A program made the translations under genes and the position numbers. A stretch of DNA of 64,000 nt from positions 19,406,001 through 19,470,000 of the forward strand of contig CM022665.1 in the NCBI GenBank assembly GCA_012295275.1. The letters are read 5' to 3'. Below are positions 1 through 13,977 of the stretch, piece after piece. Position 1 is the stretch's first letter. Every line of letters starts with the position of its first letter. The DNA comes from Chrysomallon squamiferum (taxonomy: Eukaryota; Animalia; Mollusca). Under the pieces are notes generated by a model. That model was given only the letters and a program-made list of their open reading frames with translations. It made no database searches and was not told the DNA's origin.

Positions 1-281
1 GATATTACAGAAGCCTCACATAAAGAAGTTTGGCGACAGACCTGTCAAAAGTAGTGAGAGAAAAACAGGTAGCAATGAAAAGAAATGGAAAAGAACCCTA
101 CTCACTGCTAAGGTAAAGTTGTTGACAAATGAGGCAACGCAGAAGTTGACAACGACATGCAACAGAAAAAAAACTTGAAGACAAGTCGTTTCTTCGAGCT
201 GGCAACCTCAACCTGATGGGGATCGACAAAGAAAGAAACACACACAGAGACATTCATACATACATTCATTCATTCAAACAT

Positions 282-284
<3 letters not shown>

Positions 285-331
<47 letters not shown>
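285..331. repeat. (CA)n microsatellite
   Basis: Direct observation. Confidence 0.95.
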
Positions 332-334
<3 letters not shown>

Positions 335-713
335 TAGCATACACACGTATATATATAAATTAATTAATTAAAACACATAGGGCAAAAAAAAAAAAAAAAA
401 AAAAAAGATACATTATTTTGACAAGTACAAATACTGACTTGTTTTTTTGTTTGCAAGAAGAAACCTCTTCATATATATTATATCCTGTTTAATGAAAACA
501 ATTCTTACACTTTTCACCGACATATAAAAATTATATTTAAATCATTATTTTGAATTTTATCTAAATAAATTTATAAAAATGAAATTCATGTTTAAATGGG
601 TCTGTTATATTAACTGACAGAGTTAAGTAATATCGTAACAGAAAAATGGTAAAATTACGTTAGTATGCTAGCATAATTAGCTAAAACAACAGATACTTCT
701 CAGTAAAACTTAC

Positions 714-3700
714 CTTTGTGATGGACAGTATTATTTCCTGTTCAGCAAATTTTTCCCCAACACATCTTCGAATTCCAAAACCAAATGGTTTCATAGCCAT
801 AGCAGGAATAGGACATTCTCTCACACCGTTTTCATCACGCAACCACCTTTCAGGTACAAACAATTCACAATCTTTAAAATACTTGGGATTTTTCAACAGT
901 CGGGGATTGTTGATCATCACTGTCACCTGAAATCGCCATTATATTGAATTACAACAATATTTCTTGACATTACGTTTGATTAGCAGTAAATATTACAAAT
1001 GAAAAAAACAAAATTCATATTTTATTTCAGTAGGCATTACTCAAATGTTACTATATCAGTTATCTTTCTTTACAACAGTATTATTTAAAAAAAAATAAAA
1101 AATAAAAGTTTTTATTTATCTATGTTTGAAAAAGAAACATTTCTGATATAAAAAGAAAATATCTGAAAACGAATAAATACTTTAGATATAACATCGTATG
1201 GGCAAAGTTAACAACGCGAAGAAAGAAGTCTTACCCCTTTTGGAATGTTGTATCCTCCAAGCACCAAGTCTTTCTGTAAAATTCTTCCTGTACCAATAGG
1301 AGTTGGAAATTGCATTCTGTAAGAATCAATTAATCAATCAATATTTAATTTTAGAGTCAAATACATCATAACGATTATCATCTTTTTGTTTGGTTATAAT
1401 CATATCCTTTTCGTTGTTCTGTTTTTATTTGTAGTGAAACGTTGTTGTTGTTGTTGTTGAGGCTGAATTATTTACATTTAAAATATTAATACTGAAATTT
1501 GTCGAAATTCTTTCTTTTGGAATGGTTTTTGTTTTCCATATCTTTTTCTTTGAATTACATTAACAAATTTATGAAATCTTCTCATTTGATCTTATAAGCT
1601 ACCAAAGTATTTTAATCAACTCAGCTTGTGTTAATCGTATTTTATGAAATCAGTACTTTTCTCTTAGAGTATGAATTTAATTCTGTTTAAATTTCTACTG
1701 TCTATGTTTAAATGTTTTGGTTTTTAATTAATTTTTTATTTTTTATTTTTTTTTGATTGATTGATTTATTTATTTTTAAAGAAAAGTTTCAGTGTCATCA
1801 ATGATAACTTAGTGTGTCAGTTTTCTGAACTACAAAATTTCAAGTTTCATTTAAATAAGGTATGTTAAACGAGTTTAAAAAAGATAAAGACACCATAGAC
1901 AAATACCAATAAATAAATCATTATATGAAAAAAAAGTATTAGCAATTTGGTAAATGTGTTTAAATAAAAGAAAACTCATGAATTGTAAAGTGAAATCAAA
2001 CACTGGATTGAATTGATGAATTTTTTGTCAGTATAAATAGTAAGATTTTTTATTAAAAAATTAGATACCTTACCGTACGATACTGGATGTAGAATTATAT
2101 TTAATCTTATGGAAAGAACAAATTGCAAAACGTTTTTATCTTAATAAGTTCTATGCGATGTATCAGCTGGTCTTCTTACTAATCCATTCTTAAAAACAAA
2201 TAAATAAATAAATAAAATGAATACCTTTTTGTTTCTTTTATGCAAGCCTTTACATATTTCAGTTTATGAAGGTGGCCTGTTTCAACTTTTCTGGAGCGTC
2301 CAATCACGGAATCAATTTCTCCAAAAAGATTGTTTTGTTTCTCTGGATTTATAGCCAAATGATACAAAGTGCTTTCGATGACTTTCGCAGTCTGAAGTTA
2401 CCAAAAACAGATTTATAAAATATACTGTTTTGCGGCAAGATGATAAATGGTCAAGGCTGAATAAACATAATTATACAATTCCAATATATAATTATATTCT
2501 TTAAAATATAATAAGTTAAGAAAGTGAACTCATCGACGTCTGTTTGCAGGTAAGAAACTGAAGCAGTTAAATAACAAACTATAGTGGATGTGATTGATAT
2601 TTAATTATTATTAATAACTCAGCGAAATATAAATAGTCTGTAACATTGTAAAATTTAAATGTGTCCTGGAAGATAAGAAAAAAGCCAATTAGTATAAACC
2701 CTCCAGAATTTAGCGCTTCTGCGCGCGCGGGAAAATGCGCGGTGTTTGCTTTGAAAGGTGTGATGTGGGATGATATGTCACTCCCGATGTGAGTCGATCT
2801 TCTCGGTCTCTTCAAAGACGCATTCATCCAAGCTGGAGGTAAACCAGAGAAATATATGACAACCGGTCAGTCAGAACTCCAGCTTCTGAAAGCGTGCAAG
2901 ATGTTTCATCCAAACAATACCGTTTTCTAGGACAAGTATGGTGACTTTTCTGCTGTACCCGGATTTGACGGTGTTGCTCAACATGAGATACTTACCTGAA
3001 CTGCTGGAGGGCTCACTTTGGATTAGGTTTTCAGGGTGATGATTTTCAGGGCCCTCATAAGAACTATTTAATGCATTTCAGTGAGTAGTATTGACTTGTA
3101 AAATACTTTTACATTTTATCATGTTTTAAATTTCATCATGTTTAGGGTTGTACTGAAAAGACGTGGACAAATTATTTCGTGAACTTCATGCTTACTAATT
3201 ACGGTAAAGGCAAACTTGAACTTGATCCACGGAAATATACAAATGTGGACATTAAAGAGTCTTCAAACTGTTGGTAGCATATTCATTTTGTTATATCTGA
3301 AAATAAATCTGAGCATAATTTGGCCTCCTTTGGTGAGCATAATTTGGATATTTAGTGAGAAGAATTGTTGTGGGAGTGTTAATATAAAGAAATGAATTGT
3401 GTGAATTGACTTACTGAATCTGTTCCTCCGATTATCAGATCTTGCATCATTGACGTCAACTCTTCAACTGTGGAATCTTCGTAAGAAAGAATCGCTTCAG
3501 GGAACGACAGATGAGACTGGTCCCACTTCCCGCTCTTTTTTAATTCTATGCATTTTTCTAAAGTCTGACGAGCATGGTCTCCGGCAAATCTGAAAACGAA
3601 TGAGAAACGGTTTACTAACAGAAGTATCAACATAAAATATTTTAAAACCTTAACATGCATAAAACAAATTCTATGATGGATGTTTACAGATACTTCATTT

Positions 3701-6146
3701 TATATATATGTGTGTGTATATACATATATACATATTTCTATTAACGATTATCCGATGTCAAACATGTATTTGTGAGAGGAACTACTACAGTACGCAAACT
3801 ATGCAAACATAAATGCTTTTCTATATACAATAAAACTTCTACAGCTTAAAATAATTATTTTTATTGATGAACAAACATACTAATTTGTCTATGGCAGCTA
3901 TATCTGGGAATTCAGGTCGCCTGTACAACTGTGGCATTGCGGCGGCGAACCAGCCATACTGAATTTGCTACTGGGTCATCTTGTTCACCCTTGGTAATTT
4001 TGATACTCAGATATCGGAAAAATGATTTCAATGGCTTCTGGACTTCATAAGTAATATCTGATTGTGATAAAATGTGTTGCTATTCTATATATATATATAT
4101 TAAGTTGTGGAGTAATATATATATATTGATGTAAATTGACTTGGCAGGCGTATCGGACTGGAATATTAATTTTCGAGATTTATGTACAAATTTAATATTA
4201 CTCTGCTCGTCTAATGATAAACTGATTTGGATCTGGACCGTTTTGTAATGCAGATAAATTTGTGTAAAGGTTCAAATTGTTTGGATGGCAGCACCGGTTC
4301 CTGCGACCATGGAATAATTTAGTAGGTAACTCAAAAATTTCATTTATCTTTATTCCACCATGCTTCAGATATATATATAGTTGTTTATTTGTGGAATGTC
4401 TTTGAGAAATAAAGGAGGAAGAAGCAAGGCAACTGAGACAGAGAGAAACGGAGAGAGCATTTTCGCCCCCGCCCTCCTTTGAACTTTCTGATTTGTACGT
4501 GCGATTGACGTACGATTTCCCCAAACCACCTACTCGAATTCCTATGTACATTTATAAACAGAGCACATACATATGATGTAATCGTCACATATCTACGAAA
4601 ATCAAACAATTTATATGGAATGTATGATGCTCAAAATGGGATAGTTATTGACTGGACTTCATTTGGGTATGAACTAAATAAAAATGCAAGGTAACCAATT
4701 TTTATACACCTATTAGTCCCAAAATCCAAGATGGCCGCCGTCTCTCATGAAAAATACAGAAAATGGCATATCTCTGGAACTACTTGAACAACTTCAATGA
4801 TATTAGACTCCACTGTAGGGTTTACAAACATGCCCCAATACTCTGGAACATTTTCAGGTCCATAGTTGATCAAGATCATGTAAGACGTTCAAGATAAAAT
4901 TCGTTTTAACTGGTTTCAAGCTGTTTTCAGATCTAGGACAAGCAGTAAGGTCAAAACAAAGGTCCGTATATTATGCACTTTCAATAAAGTCCAGCAATTA
5001 GTAGAGAGCAATCACTGGGTTCTATCTCTTTGTTTTGCTGCCTTGCACGGTTAGGGCAAGTATCTCAAAGGAAGTGGACTAGAAACAGCTGCAGCTGAGA
5101 CTGACATTTACTACCCAGCTGCCCTTCGCGGCATATACACAGGGAAGGTATTCAAAAGAGGAACTGAATATCATCTCATGAATGTGCTTATCTGTTCCTT
5201 CCTCGCGTTTGATGCAATTTTTGTGGAAATGCCTCCTGATACACTTCTCCAGAAGCAATGTGAGGAACCCAGGTCCAACATTCACAAGAGGAATGATAAT
5301 GTTACTGACGACTTGCTGATTAGATAGAGCTCAAGGTGCTGGCATGGATGCTGGTGAGCTGGCCCAATTCACAGGAATTCACAGGATCGAAGAAAAAGGT
5401 GGTTGCCGTGAAATGTACAGGAGTTCATATCAATCAACCTCACTCCTTGCTTCAATCGATGTCCCCTCACAATCATGAGGAAGAAGATACCATGATTCCT
5501 TTTGCATTATAATTGATGACATCGGTGACTCCACTGTAGGAGACATAGATGTGTGGTCACCTGACACAGACATGCTGATTTTGCTGATTGACCTTGTGGC
5601 ACATGAACGCCTTGGTACATCCACCAAGTTCAGTTTCCTCACTGGAAAAGGCGACACGTGTCGATCAGTCAGCATTTGTGAGCGTGTGAGTGTCATTCGG
5701 CCTGAGGAGTGTCAAGGTCTAATTTGTTTCCGTAACGTAGCAGGTGCAGACTGGGAGGGATATTTGTTGGCATTTGAAAGAAAAGTTGGATCACTTCGTA
5801 CCTAACCTTGTTCACGATGACCCAATCGCCTGTGCCTTCCAAATCCTTGGACTGGTTTACTGAAGAACGAAACTTGTTATTTGAATAGATTTTGGCGGCC
5901 TCTAATACTTGAGGAGCAATATTTATGAAAAGCCAAACATCAGAGTTCATGTAAAACGATTTTTAAAACATACTCTTGACATAAATATATGTATTTTTGT
6001 AAGAAAATATCTTGTAAAAGTAGCTGAATGAATCACTGTGTTAAATGTAGTGATAAAAAATGTGACCACTAGATAATTCATCATTCGCATTCATTTTTAT
6101 CCTTGATATTTGTATTATATCTAAAAATATGAAAATGATGTATACG

Positions 6147-6181
<35 letters not shown>

Positions 6182-6527
6182 TCACACACGTTTACATATT
6201 TATTTCACTGAGGCAGCATGAATCTTCAGTCAGTTCACATACATATAACATTTATAACTGTGATTTACCTGTACACTATATCTGCAGCTGCCTCAAACTT
6301 CTTGTATGTTGGTGTGGGCAGTAGTTTGAACAAAGGTAGTGACCCAAAATGACTTGCTAACACGTCAAAGTACTGTTTGACAGCTTCCAAGTATATTTCA
6401 TTTTCACGTGGTACTTTATCTGATAAAAAGCCCAGTCGTTTTTCAAAGCAGACGAAACTAATTGCTGCAGAATAAAAGTATAATTATTATTATTTTTATT
6501 ATTATTTATTTATTTATATTTTTTATT

Positions 6528-6590
<63 letters not shown>

Positions 6591-7771
6591 TAAGAAGATA
6601 GAAAAAGATTACTAGTCACATATAATATTATAAAATATTAAATCTGAAATCGTATTCCATCATATGTTTTGAAAAATTAAAATGGTTTCTCTGAAGAACT
6701 TAAAAACATAAAATGTTAAGATCATTTTTCAATGCTATATTAATAGCAACTGTACTAAATATTTATGAACGCGATAACCCTAGAATGTTTCTTCGGTTGT
6801 AGAAGAAACTAATAATGTTAACTTGGAAAATATATTTTTTTAAATATAAATTTCTAAGATACTAGTTATTATAAAATGTACAAATAAAACAAGTGTGGTC
6901 AATGAAATGGTGGAAAAAGGATTTTTTTTTTTTTTTTTTTTTTTTTTAGCATCATGCAAATATCAATATTACTCCCGTCGCAAAACTATTTGCAAAACAT
7001 TATAATAAAAACCAACAACATAAAAACGGTCAGATATGTATCCTTCTTGCACACAAGGCTCTTATTTTGTTTCGCTACGGTTTTAAATAATGTGCTTCTG
7101 ATAACACAGTTGACAAAATATGGCTCCAGTTATACTCTTTCTTTCCTTTCTGTTCTATTATGACATATTTTTTGAAAAGTCAACAGTGTGTAATATTATT
7201 TACGAAAATGATTGTTTTTGTTTTCAAGAATAAATATTATGTGCTATTAAAATAATTTTTGACAAATGACGTGGTAAAATGTATTTACGTATGTAATATG
7301 TGTGAGTGAGTGCTTTTATCTATATACGTGAGTGTTTGTGTGTGTAAGCTACATATGTATGCTGATTATGCAGAATTAGTTATTAATTGTTACTGTTTAG
7401 AATAATTGCTTGCATACGTACTTATAATTATGTTAAAGAAGGGAAAATAACGGAATTGTTAAATACAACTGTGACGCTGTTTCAGTATATCAGCAACAGA
7501 ACGATACGTCCTCTATTACAAAGAATAATAAATAATTACAAAGTCTTAAAATATTACAGTAGACTCACACGCACGCACTCAGACAAAGGATATGTGCATG
7601 TGTATTATGTGTAGCTGTAAATGGATAAAGAGCTTTGTGTTGGCACAAGTAATATGACACTTATTTCATGTATATTATATCTAAAAATATAAAGAAGGAA
7701 AAACATTTAAAAAAATCAATGACTATTAAATTAAAAAAAAAAAAAAAAAAAAAAATAATAATAATAATAAC

Positions 7772-7816
<45 letters not shown>

Positions 7817-9218
7817 CATAACAATAATAATAATAATCATAATAATAATAAAGAAAGAAATAAAGAAAAAAATGAAGTCCCGTACACTTGTTGTTTCAAG
7901 TAAAAGATTAATTTACAAGTATCTTTCTCTTGTCTAAGATAATATAAGACAGTTGTCGAAACATGATATGTTTCTTTAATTTTTTAAATTCTTTTTATTT
8001 TACTTCGTGTTCATTTATATTTATATATATATATATATATATATTTATATCCCTTTTCAGAACAACTAACACGAGTATTTAATAATTATATCCAAAATAC
8101 TTCATGTTAAAAAACAAAATGCCACTATCTCCTAAAAATAAATAAAATGACCTAAAAAAGAAAATCACGAAAAACACCCCCGCACCAGATTAACTACTAA
8201 TAAACATAAATGCAAGACAAGCCTGATGCTTCAGTATCTTTACCACGTTCTGGTAAACATATAAATAAATAATGTGTCATTGCTCGACTGTCATCACGAA
8301 GAATAATCAATATTTATTAAAGAATAGACATGAAGAGAATAGTGATAAGATAGTTCACCATTACAAGACAGCACACACCTCACACACACACACACACATA
8401 CACATACCTAACACACACATATACACACACACATACACACACCTCACACACACACATACACACATATACAAACACACACACATACACATAACAACACACA
8501 CACACACATACACACATATATATATGTCACCTACAGAGATATACATACATACATACATACAAACATGTACGTACCCACAAATATACGTAGATACATTTAT
8601 ACATAAATACTTCTATACATACACACAGATACATACATAACACACCTACATACACACGAACATACATGCATAGATAGATATATTTATACATATAAGAAAG
8701 TAAATAACTTTAAGAATACTGTTCAGGTGTCTTCAATCTAATTTATTATTTGAGTCATTCATTGATGATTTACTGACAATTTACTGATTCCTAATTTCGA
8801 GGTAATTGGCGAGACATCAGTGACATCAACCTTAATATTTATCATACCTTCAGCGGAGTATTTGAAAAACATTTCTTTGATGTCAGCTGGACTTAAGTTT
8901 GTACTTCTAAGCTGTAAGACCAGCTCCTCTGCAACTGTGTTCTGACCCGCTATATACTTGCTAGCTGAATCTGTCTTCAGCAACTTCTTCTGTATGCGCC
9001 CTCGAAGTCGTTTCCACTGTTCACCATCTCTGTTGATTAAATGATATAAACGCACTGCGATTTACAAATACCTCACATGTTTTAGAATATATATTCGCAC
9101 TGAAATATGTTGCTACGCGCATGTGTATGGAAAAATTCATTTATGTATCCAAATATGCCAGTTAATGTTTATGTAGCTGTATACATACAGGCAAAAGACA
9201 AACTTGCACACATACATA

Positions 9219-9269
<51 letters not shown>

Positions 9270-10995
9270 ACACAGATATATACACACACACACACATACT
9301 TACATACATGCACACACAGAGACGATCATTCAAACACGCAAACCTATTTATACCGATCCATACACAATTTAAGATATAACATGACTGTGTAAGTACATAT
9401 ACTAGCACAGACACACACATGGGCATATGATGTACATAGTAATTTATAATTAGTGACGACAAAACAGAAGAAAAGCAAAAAAAAAAAAAAAAAATAAAAA
9501 TAAATGGACGTGTCGTCGAGATAGCCATGGGTTTTTATCTTCTTTTTGTTTCATGCTAACCACTTTCTCTTTGCGTGTTTGTACGAATACTTTTTAAAGT
9601 TCAGAGTTGATGACTTGATAATGGATAAACTGACGTAGAAAGTAACAGCAGACTACATTTCATCAGTATTTTCTTTCTTTCTTTCTGCTTCTTCTTATTT
9701 ATTTATTTATTTATTTATTTATTATTGCTATCATTCTTATTCTTATTCTTATTCTTATTATTTTCAATATCATCCTCATTATTTTTATTATCATGATAAT
9801 AACAACAAAAATATATAATCCTTTTTTTTTTCTTCTTCTTTTTTTTTAACCCTTGTTCATTCACTCACAGAGGCTGAGATTTTATGAATGGAAGTATATT
9901 TTACTTACATGTGGCCAACATTTGGAGGTATTTTTCTACGTCGGCTGTATGTCCTGTATAGATCGAATGGAGGCCTTTCGGGATATGGGCCTTCGTTTCG
10001 AAAAACCAGTTCCATGTCATCCGGGTCCTCTGTGACCACTGTCCAGTTTGGCAGTTTGAGACGGTAGATTTTCCCATACCTATCATGTAGGTCGTTAAAC
10101 AAATTGTGGATCGTCGATACAGTGTAGTTTGCTAAAAGTATAAAGTTTGATATACCGGTTTTTGATGTTTCTTTTGGTATCATACAGAATGTGCCATTTT
10201 TAAGTGAAGTGACTACAAGGTGAACAGAACTTTAAAAAATAAATAAACTGAAAGTGCAGGGAAAGAAAATAAAATGTTCTTAAAATATGAAATAGATACT
10301 TCAGAATTTCCGAAGAACAGTAAATTTAAAATATTTAAACTATTTTATGATATAATTTAAATTAAAAAAATTAATAATACTTAATTATGAAATAATTTGT
10401 AAAATATTGTAGTCTGAAGGGGATACACAATACCATAAAACAGATATAAACAGAGGGACAGACTTACTAATGAATAAACAAACAAATACATTTGATTAAT
10501 TTATAACGTAGACTTTTTATTGTATTTTTTAAATGCATTATGTTGAAAATATTACTTATCAAAATATATATTTTACAGTTTTTAACCACTACAACAATAG
10601 CAATACTAATAATAATTTTTTTTTTTTAAAAAGCAACTTAGAATTATTTCTTTCATATACGTACTGAAGGGTTTGAAATGAAACAATGGTCCCACAATCG
10701 GAATGTCTCTAAAACCACCAGGGCTAGGCATGTCAGCAAAAGGTTTAGCTGTAGCTACATCAGTTTCAGTTTCATTGCTTATCAGTTCATCGTCGACAGC
10801 AACATTGACGTTGACGTCCACTGTACCGTTTCCTTCCAAAGCAGACCCCATAATGCCCCTCTCTGGAGATCTGTCATGATGAACTGACGTGCGGCTGAAT
10901 GGACAAGTCACGACTGACGACTTGAAACGAACTGTCTTTAAAGGACCACACGGTTTTACAGAATTTCTAATTGAATTTCTTATGATGAAGAACAT
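714..10995 (-). CDS. Mitochondrial-clan cytochrome P450 (CYP10/12/27/49-like); 8 coding exons in window, final exon beyond the left edge
   Basis: Exons (minus): 10995-10665, 10131-9909, 9029-8848, 6464-6269, 3589-3415, 2391-2225, 1316-1235, 926-714. All introns GT-AG with consistent phases; 523 codons so far. Motifs: Arg/Ser-rich N-terminal transit-like peptide, KPFADMPSPG, WKRLR (WxxxR), I-helix IGGTDST, K-helix KACIKETKR (ExxR), PERW, heme FGFGIRRCVG. Subfamily not assignable by eye. Confidence 0.93.
4700..5930 (+). mobile_element. Decayed Academ-like DNA transposon in P450 intron 4
   Basis: Subterminal AAAATCCAAGATGGCCGCC. Disrupted frames read GKYLKGSGLETAAAETDIY...YTGKVFKRG (transposase-like) and HNHEEEDTMI...VWSPDTDMLILL...FLTGKG...GADW (XPG/PIN-like HEEADT/SPDTD motifs seen in Academ). 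Confidence 0.7.
7735..7850. repeat. poly(A) + (AAT)n microsatellite
   Basis: Direct observation. Confidence 0.95.
8370..8690. repeat. Degenerate (CA)n/(CATA)n tract
   Basis: Direct observation; a similar tract lies at 9205-9320. Confidence 0.9.
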
Positions 10996-11909
10996 GTCCT
11001 AAATAGAGAAAATAGTGAATAATAAAATTAAAATAAAATTTGTATGAGAAATTTTAGAATAATATAAGCAAAAGTAAACATAAACATTTGGTTTAAAATT
11101 GTTGTAAAAGAAAATTCGGCTAATTTCATTTGCATATACAACACATTATATATACCACAGATTGTGCCACACGAGCCATAATATATAAAGAAAATTCCGA
11201 ATAAACAGAATCACATTGTGAATATAATTATGTAATTTCAGAAATATATATTAACGTTTCGAACTATATTTTTATATTGTTATCGCTATTCTTACTGGAC
11301 ATACGTATGTTACATTACATTCACCAATCGCGTCTTCGCAAAACAAAAACAGAGATATGCAGCTGACGTCAGTATCGTTTATTTTGAGATTTTTTTTTTT
11401 TTTTTTTTTTCTTATGTTTTGTGTTATATTAAGACGAGAACGTTAGTGCCGCGATTAATAAAATAACATGTGCTTGTAGTAGATACCCTGAAGTCTAAAC
11501 ATAAAAATACTCAGTAGAATGTCGCATTTTGTTTGATCTTCAGAAACCTAGCGACGACGGAATCACGAAGGAGAGTAGCTCGTTAATAACTGGCACGTGA
11601 TAGCCAGCTGAAGTTTAGAAAATCATGAATCTGACATTAATTTCAACAGTTTACACACGAGTACGATGAAATGCATGCGGTATTCATTCATGGAAATTTC
11701 TCTGTAGAAAGATGTACTGACATAAAAAAAAAAGTTGTAAGATTATTTACAAAAACATATATATATATATATATATATCCATAAACGCGTACAGATTTTC
11801 TTACATTCATACATCAATACATGCAGGTATCTATACATACATAAATATATACTACATACGTAAAAACATATATACATACAAAAACATGCATACATAAGTA
11901 TACATGACA

Positions 11910-11934
<25 letters not shown>

Positions 11935-11945
<11 letters not shown>

Positions 11946-12840
11946 TCCTATAAATGGAATTCAATATAAGGGAAACGTGTAATTCCTACAAACGAAACCA
12001 TGTATATTCCTACAAAAGGGATACACGTGTATGCATGTCTACAAAAGGAAAGCATGTATATTCCTACAAAAGATAACATGTATATTTGGCTCCCGGTCAT
12101 TTGGCCAACAGACATTTCCCCGACAAACTTTTGGCCGACTGACATTTCACTGTAGCACGTTTAGCGTAACATGCAAATGGCCGAACGGACAAATAGCCGA
12201 ACTGCCAAATATTTTCTGCCATGTAAAACTTGAAGGATTAAATTATTTGGTACTTCACAATTAAATCAAAATCAAAAAATAATAATAATAATAATAATAA
12301 TAATAACCTATTTTAACTTGAGTTTAAGGGTGTTCGAGGATTTTTTTTTTTTTTTTTGAAATTCAAATATTTGCTGCAGTTCCGACTGACGAGTAATGTG
12401 CGTTTCATATTACAAGAAATATACATTCTAGCGCATTTTGTGTAAACTTTGTAAATAACCAGTTCAATAAAAGATAAGAATCTAACACTCTGCTAAGGGA
12501 TGGCAGTCACCCACACACTGTTTGCCGTCTCGCTTAAAAAACAGCGGAGTTAACAACCGAAGAAGAAGAACCAGATATTCAACATAAGACTGAAGACTGT
12601 CACTGAGAAATAGGAGGAGTATTACAGAATCAACTTCTCCAAAGAAACAGATAAAAAAAAAATAATAATAATAATAATAAATAAATAAATAGCAAACAAA
12701 ATTGGAAGAGATATCTGTTAACTGCCCGCTTGGCCAAATTACTGTTCACATCGGATGTTCGTTCGGTTAGATATCAGTCGGTAAAATATCGGTAGGTCAT
12801 CTGTTCGGCTACAGTGTATTCCTACGAAAGGAAAACGTAC
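11935..12840. repeat. About 25-bp minisatellite (TGTATATTCCTACAAAAGGAAA..) split by an insertion
   Basis: Five or six degenerate units at 11935-12085 and one more at about 12815-12840. Confidence 0.6.
12088..12812. mobile_element. Non-autonomous MULE-like element (MITE)
   Basis: Left end has repeated (T)GGCCGA(A/C) units. Right end has their inverted counterparts (TTCGGT/TCGGT/TTCGGC). No ORF. Confidence 0.55.
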
Positions 12841-13620
12841 CGTTCTAATTTCGAAGTCAATTTGGTTATGGAGAACGGATACTGCAATCAGTATATCTCT
12901 GCCTTGTTTTTTTTATTTACAGCCATGAAAGTAAATTTCAACTGCAAACTAGTTTTGATATAAAAGTTTTACAAAAAAAAAAAAAAAATTACCATTTAGA
13001 TACATTTTGATATATAAGAATATACAAGAAGACTTATTACAGCAGAACGTGATTGACTAATTATTGTTAAAAGGTTATTTCGTATAAATGTAATAGAAAA
13101 TCTCGAAATTTTCACATTGATTTTTGACATCGCAGGTTGAATAAACACTGAAAATAGGTTTACAAAGAAATGCAGAGTGTGGTGGTCTGTGAATTTTAAT
13201 GAATATTTTTCTTTGGTTTTAAATTTTTGTTGAACGTTACGCATGAGCGATATAACAAAAGCCATTCATCAGTGTGAAACGTTTATGAATTATTGAAAAC
13301 AGTCTACTCCGTGTCTTACGTAGAACGACTTAATATTCCGTAATAACCACACACGTATTCGTTAATTGTCCTGTCCTCTTGTCATCCGCCGCCATTAACC
13401 TTGTAAAAAAAATGACAATTACTGAGATACGAAAAAATCTAAAACTAAAATGAAACACTAGTTTTTATCTCCATTCACGTCGCCTGATACGTAATGCATT
13501 AATTATATGAATATAATCATTTCAGTTTGATAGGCGACATCAGCTGCATCTATCGTATTTAATATTTAATAATATCTTTTCTTCAGAAGCTCTATATTTT
13601 TTTTTTTTTTTTTTTAAATT

Positions 13621-13666
<46 letters not shown>

Positions 13667-13944
13667 GTAATAATAATAAAATATTAGAAATAGACGAACA
13701 AAATACGAAACAAAATATTAAAAAGACAAAGATATTTAAAAAGAAAAGAAAAATCTGTGTTGGTGTTTTGGGAAAGGTGATATTTTCTGTCCGGTGTTTA
13801 GGAAAACCTTCATTAGTAGAACCTTTTGCATTAATTATAACGTACCGTGACTGCTTTCCGTAAATTAGTTACAGATATTACATGTTATACCATACACATT
13901 TTGTTTCTTTTATTAAATATGGAGTAGATATCTCTATATATATA

Positions 13945-13977
<33 letters not shown>

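Noticed and set aside
1-713. Final P450 exon inside the window
   Set aside because: No acceptor plus P450-like C-terminal frame found; it presumably lies left of base 1.
2989-3000. ATACTTACCTG as the 5' end of a U1 snRNA (also CTTACCTG at 56777 and 56857)
   Set aside because: Downstream sequence does not follow U1; these are just reverse-complemented donor-like motifs.
7668-9528. His/Thr-, Ile- and Cys/Val-rich ORFs here and similar ones at 27124, 31355-31737, 33253, 34942
   Set aside because: Translations of (CA)n, (AAT)n and (GA)n microsatellites.
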